A DNA stretch of 64,000 nt from positions 2,391,836 to 2,455,835 of the forward strand of contig BFEA01000012.1 of NCBI GenBank assembly GCA_003427395.1, in the 5' to 3' direction. Positions within the stretch are counted from its first letter, which is position 1; every line of letters begins with the position of its first letter. Below the pieces are notes generated by a model that made no database searches, was not told where the DNA came from, and saw only the letters and a program-made list of their open reading frames with translations. The stretch is from Chara braunii. Its lineage: Eukaryota > Plantae > Charophyceae. A program made the position numbers and the translations under genes. Of the stretch, positions 24,836-35,716 are shown piece after piece.

Positions 24836-25211
24836 GCAGTCATCCTATCCACTTGTCTGCTAGAGAGAGGAAAAACCCAAAAAAAAGTGCTAGACCATAA
24901 CCCTGCCTGTTGCACTGTAGTGGGGCTTCAAGCTCAGCCAAGCGACTGGATTATGCCCCTGTACTTCCAGAATTCAGAAAAAAACAAGGGTCCAATTAGC
25001 TCAGTGGGTATAGCACCAGTTGCAGTCATCCTATCCACTTGTCTACTAGAGACACAGGAAAAACCCAAAAAAAGTGCTAGACCATAACCCTGCCTGTTGC
25101 ACTGTAGTGGGGCTTCAAGCTCAGCCAAGTGACTGGATTATGCCCCTGTACTTCCAGAATTCTGAAAAAAACAAGGATCCGATTAGCTCAGTGGGTACAG
25201 CACCAGTTGGA
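24836..25211. repeat. ~188-bp tandem duplication ending in a tRNA-like head
   Basis: gcagtcatcctatccacttgtct...attagctcagtgggta.agcaccagttg twice; partial third copy at ~24580-24635. Confidence 0.85.
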
Positions 25212-25560
25212 AATGCGCATTGTCGTTCGAGGTCGTGGGTTCAAAGCTCCACAGCCTTGTCCATGGACACCGGCGGGCGTTGACCGACGCACGAGTGTAC
25301 ACACCTTTCCCTTGGGATCGGTGTACGGTAAGATTTACAGACACTGCCGCACTACCCAAGGGACTAAGTCCAGTATTGTTGTATGTTGGGTTCGGGCTAT
25401 GAGGGTTTTCCTGAGGTCCTTGGTCTGTGGGTTGTTGAGATGATAGTTCACCTGTCATCTGGTCCTGTATAGCACACAAATAGACTAGTTTCCAATGTAG
25501 CTCAGTGGGTTTGATGCGGGGGCTGCACGGTTGAGGGTGCGTGTTCGAAATCAATCAGGG
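25176..25560 (+). mobile_element. tRNA-derived SINE-like heads (two: ~25176-25260 and ~25497-25560)
   Basis: tagctcagtggg A-boxes with gggttcaaagc / tgttcgaaatc B-box-like motifs. Confidence 0.5.
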
Positions 25561-26193
25561 ACTAGTGGGATGCAGGCAGGGGAACAAAAACCTCAGGGCT
25601 CTGCTTAGGGTGTGGGTAGGGCTGTGAGGTGGGACAGGCTACGAGGGATCCCATTGCTTGCGGGGGATCAGGACAGGATCTACAGTTGGCATGGGTGGGG
25701 ATACGTCAACGTAACAGGAACGGTTGGGGGGCCTAGTACGTACTGCTGATCTATCGCCGGTGTTGTCTGAGATAAAGGGTCTTATCAGGGATCTTGTGCT
25801 GAGGGCTCCCTTAGGCATCAAATAGGGTAGATAGTCTGCCTCCCACGTTAACAAAAGTAGTTCACAACCAACAACGATCACAGCAACGCCAGAACTAGCA
25901 GTAATAACAACAGCGTGCACCAAGGAAAAAAAAAAAAAAAAAAAAAAAAAAAAGTGTGCACAGTGAACAACCTAACAACAAGACCAGTAGCAACAAATAA
26001 TTGTGTACACAACGGTAGGAACAGGAATAGGCCCACCTATGAGACTTGTAGAGAACGTCCTAGCACCTGAAGAACCTGTGCGACGGGGCTTGTACGACTA
26101 TGCTTTGATTAGGGATGAGAAGGGTAAGTGGGATTTGATTAGGGCTAACTTGACCAGGCAGCAGTTGCAGGTGCCAGGGCTAAGCGGAGTCGC

Positions 26194-26550
26194 TCCACTC
26201 TGGTAATTTCTGCCTGGTGCACCCCTACTTCTACGATCCTACCTCAGTGTCTACCACTCAGGACTATCACCCACTCAGGCGCAAACTTGACCGGGCAGCA
26301 GTTGCAGCTACCAGGGCTAAGCTGAGTCCCACGTACCAGGGCTAAGCAGAGTCCCATCCCGGGCAGCAGTTGCAGGCAATAGGGCTAAGCTGAGTCCCAC
26401 GTATGTGGGACTCTGCTTAGCCCTGGTACCTGCAACTGCTGGCCGGTCAAGTTTGCCCCTGAGTGGGTGATAGTCCTGACTCCTGCGTGGTAGACACTGA
26501 GGTAGGATCGTAGAAGTAGGGGTGCACCAGGCAGAAATTACCAGAGTGGA
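26194..26550. repeat. ~355-bp near-perfect inverted repeat
   Basis: tccactctggtaatttctgcctggtgcacccctacttctacgatcctacctcagtgtctaccac... exactly complements ...gtggtagacactgaggtaggatcgtagaagtaggggtgcaccaggcagaaattaccagagtgga. Confidence 0.95.
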
Positions 26551-26697
26551 AGGTTGAGAGGGAGTCTCAGGGGCCCTGTATCGACTGTCTGATCAACCTT
26601 ATGGCCGAGTGTTGAAGGTGACTGTCATATGTCCAGAATCGGACCTCTACAACAACCTGGGCTTTCATATCTTTTACCACGGGAGTCACAAAAAAGC

Positions 26698-27109
26698 TAA
26701 GTAGCAAATCCGGATATCGGGCAGACCAATTTCATCCGGAATTTTCAATCCGGATGAAATTTCCGGATTAATTCCGGATATGGAAAATCCGGCCCTGTGC
26801 AAAATATTTTCTTTTTACCGAAAAAAAAAAAAAAAAATCAAAAAAATCTGGAAACAAAAATATGTTGTTCATATCAATGATATGAACAACTTTTGGCTTG
26901 AGGCCATCTTTGATTACTCAACAGATATGAAAATAAAAAATAAAACAGAACAAGAAAATAATATTTAGATAAAAATTATAGAATAAATTAAGCATCCCCC
27001 CTCTAAACCCTTTTATTCCCTATCTTATCCCCTTTGAACCCTTCCAGGCCCTATCCAGCTTTTCATGAAATAGGAACGTAGTTCTATTGTGTTTTGCATG
27101 CGCAATATC

Positions 27110-27142
<33 letters not shown>

Positions 27143-27244
27143 GCCTTTTTTTTAATCATCTGGATTTCCGGATGATCCTTCCCCCCGATCATCCGGCCTG
27201 ATAATCCGACCAGATTTTTCCGGCCAGATAACCCATGCTACCTA
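26698..27244 (+). mobile_element. Complete hAT-like MITE with atccgg subterminal repeats
   Basis: Ends taagtagc...gctaccta; atccgg/ccggat clusters at both ends; right end abuts (ATT)n. Confidence 0.75.
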
Positions 27245-27307
27245 ATTATTATTATTATTATTTTTTAATTATTATTATTACTATTATTATTATTATTATT
27301 ATTATTA

Positions 27308-27345
<38 letters not shown>
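27245..27345. repeat. (ATT)n microsatellite
   Basis: Direct reading. Confidence 0.95.
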
Positions 27346-27346
<1 letters not shown>

Positions 27347-27381
27347 ATTTTATAATTATATTTTGGATTTTGTTCGCAATG

Positions 27382-27605
27382 TAGGAAAAACACACGAGTT
27401 GCTAAAAAGAGATCGGGGAAAAGGAGACTCATGCTGAAAGTGAGGAAGAAAAAGAAGGAGAAGGGGAAGGAGGGGAAACTGCGCAACCACTCTAGGAAAA
27501 ACACACGAGTTGCTGAGAAGAGATCGGGAAAAAAGGGACTCATGTTAGAAGTGAGGAAGAAAAAGAAGAAGGGGAAGAAGGAGGGGAAACTGCATGACCA
27601 CGCTA
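27382..27605. repeat. ~111-bp tandem duplication
   Basis: taggaaaaacacacgagttgct...ggaggggaaactgc twice. Confidence 0.9.
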
Positions 27606-28408
27606 GACTGTTTTGTCGAACTTCTCCGACTCGTTAGGAGGTTGAACCCCGACAACTTGCCCAAAACGTATTTGACTGATGGATAAGGACTCACCACGTC
27701 GCACATAATTAATGATACCCCTGAGAAAACTGGTCATTTTTTCTCACATGGAACTGATAATGATCGAATGATCCTAGCATGCTTAAATATGTAATTTAGT
27801 AAGTGTGTGTATATGGGTGTGTGTGCATGTCAGAGAGATAGAGAGTGGAAATTAGAATGCGCCCTCTCTTCCCAGAAGAATTATAACCCGAGTACAGTGT
27901 CCCGTGGCGCGTTGCTGTTCGCTGGTGTTTTCTGTTCTGAGTCGTTTGTCTCATCTGCCTTGGTTATTGTATTCAAACACACACACACACACACACACAC
28001 AAACATACATATGTCAAGGGAAGGTCTACTTACAACTGAGCAGAGGGTCTCGGTAGAGTGTCGAAGCTGCTAGACTCTAACTGTTGTTTAATTTTGACAT
28101 GAACCTGCGCTGTTTCAATGAAAATTCGTACTTAATAAGAATACGATTTGCAAACAAAGAATATGTCGAGCTAACCAAGATGAGCAATAAGGAGAATGGG
28201 CATGATAAAAAGGGAAGAACGTTGGCGCAGTTGAAGGTGGAGAAGAAGAAGAGGAGGGAAATAAGAGGGTGTGGATTGAGATCAACGTCGCTTGCAATCA
28301 TCATCGTCATTATTGTAGTAAAACCTTCCCTTCGAATACAACGGTCCTCTTTCTGCCTGAACTGGGCCTTTAAGGTTCGTTATATACTTTGAATGTTGGT
28401 CATTAATA

Positions 28409-28448
<40 letters not shown>

Positions 28449-29347
28449 GTTATTATTATTATCTTTCATTTGTTGTTATTTCACTTTACTGGTCATGATC
28501 GCAATCACGACAGATGTTGTTTCAAGAAGTGAAGCAGGAGAGTGTATGCAGTTCACTGATAACGTTATGGTGAGAAGGGATAGGATAGTAGCATTGACAA
28601 AGAATGATAACATGCATAAGATGAATTAAAGAGGAATGAAGATAAGGAGCATGGAGGGGAAAAAGCAGGGAGAAGGTGCGATGCAGTAGAAAGCGGGCAC
28701 CTGTGAGAGGTGCTCACTAGGTGCAACGAAGGCAGAAGTATTCGAGGTGTGGAAAGGAAAGGATAGGTAAATAAAGTGAGAATTAAGAAAAGGAACATGT
28801 AGCTTATGGGTGCTGGTTGTCTGCATTGGCAACGTTGTCATAAAAAAATGGTCTTCTTCTAGAAGTGATCTTGTTGCATATCATAGCTATAGCATAATTA
28901 AGGAACAGAGTAGGATAGGCTGAGCCGCCTAAGCGCAAGTGTCACACGAAAAGAGCTACGGGGAATACGTTGTCCATGGTGGCAATATAGTATTGACCTT
29001 AATATTTGAGTCGTCGCATTGCTCTTATTTGACGTTATGTAAATTACTTTCTGCTTGGTATATGACTATCTGGTCTAGAATGTGGTGTTTCAATTTGGTT
29101 TTCTGTCTCTCGCTCTCATTCACTTTTCTTGCGTTATTATTATTATTAAAAACGATTTTTCGTTAAAAATGAAATGTTTTACGAAAAGTGAACATACGAA
29201 AATGAATCGGGGAACGGACAAAACAGACGTCAACGACATTTATTAGAGGGTCGGAGATGATTTTTGATACATGAAAAATATAACAACGACCGACAAAGAA
29301 CATTACTTTCATGTTGTTAACAAAGGAAAACTTCTTGTCGACAGTAA

Positions 29348-30482
29348 TTACATGTCATTGAAGATTGCGAAAGAAAAATTATCTTTGAAAGGTTTATAAT
29401 ATGTTGGGTAAAAGACGACTATCATATGCCTTGCAAATAGGCCTCCGACGCTTACATCTGATTCACAAAGTTTGCCACTTTAATTTCAAAATTTAAACAA
29501 GCTGAGTGCACAAGCAAAAAAAACCTTCGCAATGTCCCCAGACAGATAGCACCCCTATTTACTGTGAAAGATTCGAACCTTGTACGGTAACCGTGATGAT
29601 CATACTTTCGACGTAGATAACTTTTAAAACACTGATCAACGACACATTTGGTCCATGACGTACAGGGTTCCCGTACATCTTCAAGCATCGTCATTTAAAA
29701 AACAACCACATAACAAAATTTAAAGCAACCCAGTTCACGGTATCTGGATTCAGTCTGATAGAATTCTTGTTTTAAGTAAGTCAATAAACGATCTACTTTG
29801 CGGTATTGTCATCATAACAAGCTAACTATCGTCTATTGTAAACTGTCCAGTTTTCTAAAACAGTAGTTTCATTTCGTTCATGATGTGCGGGATCTTTGTA
29901 TTCTACATGCGCTTCTATGCTCTGATACTCCCGCAAGAGCAGATGTCAGACATACATGATTGTACTGTCAACGAGGCCATCAAGTAATACTTTCAACGCC
30001 GACTTTTCTGTAATTGCTCTCTGAAATTCAGCTGCACGACGCACATCAGCATTAGATGTGCTTGCACGTGCCGAGTAATCGTTATGAACAAGGAATGACG
30101 TCGCATCAGATGTTGAAGTGTCAGTGTCACAGTCGTCAGCTCTATGACATGCAACATCGGATTCATATGCCTGTCGTTGCCGCTGAACGGCAGGGGAGGT
30201 GCTCGCGCAAGTAGAGACATCGATTTCCAATTCTCTCTTTCTTTTACGAGCAGGAGTGTTGGAAGTGAAGACGTCGTCGCGAATTACATGTTCAGAATCC
30301 GGAGAGCACGTAGCGAGGTTGTGCATTTCCGCATGACAATTCTTATCTAGTAATATGTTAGACGCCACGCAGTCCATACTTGTCAGCGTTGGATATTCAG
30401 CTCTCCGATACGAAGTGCCGCAAGGCATAATGAGTCTGCGAGGACAAATAAGCTCGTTAATGCACTGAAGGCGAGAACTCAC
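29348..30482 (-). pseudogene. Orphan ~370-codon ORF broken by stops and frameshifts
   Basis: ORF 29946-30482 (NLS-like RKRKR) continues past TGA as HLLLREYQSIEAHVEY..., then QYRKVDRLLTYLKQEFY...GCFKFCY, ORF 29452-29694, and GGLFARHMIVVFYPTYYKPFKDNFSFAIFNDM*. Confidence 0.55.
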
Positions 30483-31029
30483 GACGTATATGACGAAGAG
30501 TTAATAATCATTCAACGCATGTGTCATGCACGGAATACGGATTACTCAATCGAAGCGCTGTTGTGAAAAACAAAGAGACCTAAAAAGAAAACAAAATTTA
30601 ATATAATATTGCAATCCACCTATGACGACACACATGCCAATAACATCGGTTGAGAAATGTGAACGGATTGTTTTCATTTAGCTAGTACATCACACATCTT
30701 TTTAACATGATGACCATTCAGAAAGCCTTGCCACGATAGTGTTCTGCAACGAATTTTATATTCATGAAAATATGGCAAACGAGGTATGACGACACGCATA
30801 TGTGAACGGATTGTTTTCATTTAGCCAGTAGACCATACATCTTCATGATGACCAATCAGAAAGCCTTCCATATCAACTCTAACAAGTCGGCAATTTGAAG
30901 TGTGAAGCAGCATATGGTCAACGAATAATGACATTGTGTTTTATTAATATATGGAAACAACTGTCTTCCATAGGACAACAGCCTTCGACGACACACTGCT
31001 GTCGAGGAAGCTGGAAGTTGTCGTGTCCC

Positions 31030-32830
31030 TTACAATAATACTTGACAAGGTGAGGCAGTCTCTAGTATTCTGGACTGGTAACGAACTCGGACACATACGA
31101 GCCACCAGTAGCCGCGATCGTGTCGAATACGTCCGACCACGATAGCGCGAGGCATTGTCTGGTATGCAGAACAGGCAGCAGTAACGATGGAACGCCCTGT
31201 GAGAACCACCAGTTTGTGCCAAACAGTCGCCTTGCCGAAGTCCTGACCACCAAATGCATTGTTATAGAGGACACAGAGCAGAAAGAGCACAGGGCACACA
31301 CCAATTCTTCAGACGGTCGAAAAGGTCATTAGTACAGGTAGTACCACTGCGGACATATGTCTGGTTAGGCATTTGACAACGTGAGTTAGTCTTCACTGGT
31401 ATCCCGAAGAGCTCGAGGCATCTTCACTATTAGTAGACGCCTGACCACTGCGCACATTATGTCCAGTCAGGCCGAGACAGTCTCTAGTACTCTGGAATGC
31501 TAACGAACTCGGACACATATGGGCCAGCAGTAGCGATTGTGTCGAACACGTCCGACCACGATAGCTTGACGCAGTCGTTGTTATCGTGTTATCGTGTTAT
31601 CGTGTTGAACACGATGACGACGAAACGCCCAGTGAGACAATACTGGAGACTACCCACGCAGCTTGGACTTGACAGGGCGAGGCAGTCCCTATTCTGGACC
31701 GGTAATGAACTCGCACACGAGTTGTGCAGACGGTCGAAACAGGCGCCAACAACATTAAAGAACCATCGGTTTGTGCCAAACAGTCGGCAGTCCGAAGACC
31801 GGACCACGAAATGCACTATTGTAGAGGACATTTGACAGGGTGAGGCAGTCCCTNNNNNNNNNNNNNNNNNNNNNNNNNNNNNNNNNNNNNNNNNNNNNNN
31901 NNNNNNNNNNNNNNNNNNNNNNNNNNNNNNNNNNNNNNNNNNNNNNNNNNNNNNNNNNNNNNNNNNNNNNNNNACAGGGTGAGGCAGTCCCTATTCTGGA
32001 CCGGTCGTAACAGGCGCCAACAACATTTGAGAACCATCGGTTTGTGCCAAACAGTCGGCAGTCCGAAGTCCGGACCACCAAATAGAAAGAGCACAGGAAA
32101 GGCTGACACAGGCGCCTACCCACGCTTTCATTAATAATAGCACAGGAAAGGCAGTGTCACAGGGTAGACATCAGTTGTCGAGGCAGCCGAGACAGGCGCC
32201 TTGTGATGCCTTACAAGACAACACATGAGACTACCCATGCTTTTGTAGATGTTCGGTTTGAGAACCATCAGTTTTTTCCAAACAGTCGGCAGCCCAAAGT
32301 CCGTTCCCACAAATGCACTATCATAGAGGACAGTACAAAAAGCACAGAAGAGGCAGTATCACAGGATAGAGATCAGTTGTCCTGACGGCCGAAACAGGCG
32401 CTTTGTGACGCCTTGCAAGACAGCACATGAGACTACCCACGCTTGCGTAGTTGTTCGGTTTGAGAACCATCAGTTTGTGCCAAACAGTCGGCAATCCAAA
32501 GTCCGGACCACTAAATGCACTGTCATAGAGGACAGTAGAAAGAGCACAGGAAAGGCAGTATGACAGGATAGACATCAGTTGTCCAGACGCTCGAAACAGG
32601 CGCCTTGTGACTCTTTGCAAGACAACACATGAGACTACCCACGCTTTCATAGATGTTATGTTTGAGAACCATCAGTTTGTGCCAAACAGTCGGCAATCAA
32701 GAGTCCGGGACCTCCAAATGCACTATTATAGAGGTCAGTAGAAAGAGCACAGGACAGTCACCATCACAAGACACACATCAGTTGTCCAGACGACCGAAAC
32801 GGCGCGATGTAGTCCAACATGACGAGGAAG
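31030..32830. repeat. Tandem array, 202-bp unit (degenerate at left; contains an N gap)
   Basis: gagaaccatcagtttgtgccaaacagtcggca at ~31201, 31760, 32029, 32260, 32462, 32664. Confidence 0.9.
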
Positions 32831-32869
32831 GAAAGCCTTGTGTGTGCGTGTTGAGAACCTTCCGTCAGG

Positions 32870-33565
32870 TGTGGTTATCGTGTTGGATCCGATGACCAGG
32901 ATACGGCTGACACAGTATCACTGGATAGACATCGGTTGTCCAGACGGCCGAAACAGTGCGATTGAGTCGAACACGACGAGGAAGGAAAGCCTCGTGCGCA
33001 CATGTTGAGAACCTTCCCTCACGTGTGGGTATCGTGTTGGATCCGATGACCAGGGTACGACAGACACCACGGCACAACAAAAGCAGCAAAAACTATTCAT
33101 GACCAAGGCACAGCGAAAGCACTCCACGTGGTGTGGTTGCCGTGTTGGATCAGGTTTGGTTGTCGTGTTGGATCCGATGACCAACGTAGGTTACCTTGAT
33201 ACGGGCACAGCAAAAGCACTCCACAGGGTTTGATTGTCGTGTTGGATCCGATGACCAGCTTTGGTTACCTTGACCCAGGCACAGCAAGTGTTGGATCCGA
33301 TGACCAGCTTTGGTTACCTTGACCCGGGCACAGCAAAAGCACTCCACGGGGTTTGGTTGTCATGTTGGATCCGATGACCAGGGCACAACAGATGACCAGG
33401 GCACAACAAACCAGCTTTGGTTACCTTGACCCGGGTACAGCAAAAGCACTCCACGGGGTTTGGTTGTCGTGTTGGATCCGATGACCAGGGCGCGGCAGAT
33501 GACCAGGGCACAGCAAAAAGCACTCCATTAGGTTTGGTTATCGTGTTGGACACGACGATCACATT
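32870..33565. repeat. Array of tcgtgttggatccgatgacca units
   Basis: Core recurs at ~32878, 33032, 33163, 33237, 33288, 33360, 33467. Confidence 0.9.
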
Positions 33566-34214
33566 GTGCAGAAGGAGATACAGGGACCATTTCAACCCAC
33601 GGACATGCTAAATGTTGACGTCACCAAGACGCAACACAACGTCAAAGTGATCGTGACCGTCGATTTATAAACATCAACCGTTCGCAGCACAATCTTCAGA
33701 AAGAGAGATGTGGCGGGATAATTACCTGGGCAAAGGACCACGGTCGAGTCAACCGGATCACCGATTTGCGCAATAGCAGCTTCGAGCGGCGATTCACGCA
33801 GTAGCAGCTCTGCATGCCCCGCAGCTTTGCTTGCCCCGCTTGCAGCAGCTCGGCCCGCCGCACCGCACAAAAACCGCGCGCGCTCCAAAAACACGAGTCG
33901 AAGTACCCCCCGTCAGGAAATGAAGCTATCGGCATCAGTTCGCCTACTTCCCGTCGGGGGACCGGAACGCGGCGGCACAATTTTGACGTGGGGGGAAGGT
34001 CCCAAACCAGTTGGCCTACTCCCCGCTGGTCGACCGGAACGCTCAATCGACACCGTCAGTCGCTCAGATCTGACGGTCCACGTAGTGCGGAAGGGGACAT
34101 TTTCCGAAGGAGGGTCGACGGTCCGATACTGATTTTTTGGTGCAGGGTCATCAGCACCGTCGGTTCAACACGATCGGACCGCCGACGGAGCGCGTGGAAG
34201 GACACGCCGCAGAG

Positions 34215-34222
34215 TATAAAAA
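34215..34222 (+). promoter_or_regulatory. Candidate TATA box for the rightward gene
   Basis: TATAAAAA in GC-rich context followed ~25-40 bp later by a pyrimidine-rich initiator-like stretch. Confidence 0.35.
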
Positions 34223-34367
34223 GAGTTGCGGGTCCCTCCCACACTTCTCATTTCATCCTCTCCGACTTTCACGCGGGGTGTTTTCAGCGCAGGGCGATAT
34301 CGGCGTTGCTTTGCCTTCAGCGCAGGGCGCTTGCGTCGCGACCTTGTGTGCACCCCAGTTGCATACA

Positions 34368-34457
34368 CGGGCGTCGTGCATGAGGGCGTCGTGCATAAGG
34401 GCGTCGTGCATGAGGGCGTCGTGCATGAGGGCGTCGTGCATGAGGGCGTCGTGCATG
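34368..34457. repeat. 15-bp minisatellite (gggcgtcgtgcatga) x6
   Basis: Direct reading. Confidence 0.95.
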
Positions 34458-34709
34458 TTTCTCATGTGTGCGTGTTTGTTTCTCATAGCTGGTGTGGTGG
34501 CACAGTCCAAGCACACGTCGGAGTAGGACCAAACCTTACCGTTGGAGCAGACCGTTGGAGCAGGGTCAGCGAGCGGGAGCGAGCGAGAGCGAGACTTTGC
34601 ACCGACGAGCACAAAGCGAAGGACAGAGTACGGACGGTGAGGATCTGCCTTGATCCGTGAGATTCAACGAGGGCTCGCCACGTGGCACTTTCAAGCTATG
34701 TTCATCGTT

Positions 34710-35662
34710 CATTGTCGTGTTGAACACGACAATCACATGCGAAGCACCATAGGTGATCGTCGTGTTGAACACGATGATGGACGGCGGGGTGGGTTTCATA
34801 TGGACGAGCACTGGACTGCCCTACGGGTGATCGTCGTGTTCGACACGACGATCACCCGTCGGACAGTCCTGCGCTCGCCAAGGTCATTGTCGTGTTCGAC
34901 ACGACGATCGCCTGCCAAGCACGACAAGTGATCGTCGTGTTGAACACGACGATGAACGGCGGGGCGGGGTTCATTGAGGGCGAGCGCAGGACTGCCCTGC
35001 GGGTGATCGTCGTGTTGAACACGACGATCACCCGTAGGGCAGTCCTGCGCTTGCCCTACGGGTCACCCAGGTCATTGTCGTGTTCGACACGACGATCACC
35101 TGCCAAACACGACAGATGATCGTCGTGTTGAACACGACGATGAACGGCGGGGCGGGGTTCATTGAGGGCGAGCGCCGGACTGCCCTACGGGTGATCGTCG
35201 TGTTGAACACGACGATCACCCGTAGGGCAGTCCTGCGCTCGCCCAGGTCATTGTCGTGTTCGACACGACGATCACCTGCCAACAGGTGAGGTGATCGTCG
35301 TGTTGAACACGACGATGAACGACGGGGCGGGGTTCATTGAGGGTGAGCGCAGGACTGCCCTGCGGGTGATTGTCGTGTTGAACGCGACGATCACCCGTAG
35401 GGCAGTCCTGCGCTTGCCCTACGGGTCGCCCATGTCATTGTCGTGCTCGGCACAACGATCACCTGCCAACAGGTGATATGTCTTCGTGTTGAACAAGGCA
35501 ATGAGCTCTGGGGCGGGGCGAAAATCATTCATTATCGTGTTGGACACGAAGATTAGCTGCGGGGCATCGTCGTGCAGTTGTGTCCCAACCCACAGCTCAT
35601 CGTCGTGTTGAACACGACGATGAGTTGCGGGCCGGAAATCATTCATTGTGTTGAACACGACG
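34710..35662. repeat. Array of ~17 palindromes (atcgtcgtgttgaacacgacgat) in ~175-188-bp higher-order units
   Basis: Three palindromes per unit; one extends to a 79-bp near-perfect palindrome (e.g. 34978-35056). Confidence 0.95.
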
Positions 35663-35716
35663 AATAGATGCAGGTTGTGTGTGTGCATTTGCTGATTTTT
35701 TCAATTTGGCGTGCAG

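Noticed and set aside
28815-28855. Upstream KDZ motif (FFYDNxC) on the minus strand
   Set aside because: It needs an assumed frameshift and has no supporting context or splice sites.
29560-29660. Pogo/Tc1 DDE transposase suggested by DQCFKSYLRRKY
   Set aside because: No upstream DDE/D motifs or QPLD context; resemblance too short.
34710-35662. CRISPR array
   Set aside because: The spacers are themselves repeated in a three-part cycle, not unique; eukaryotic context; no cas genes.
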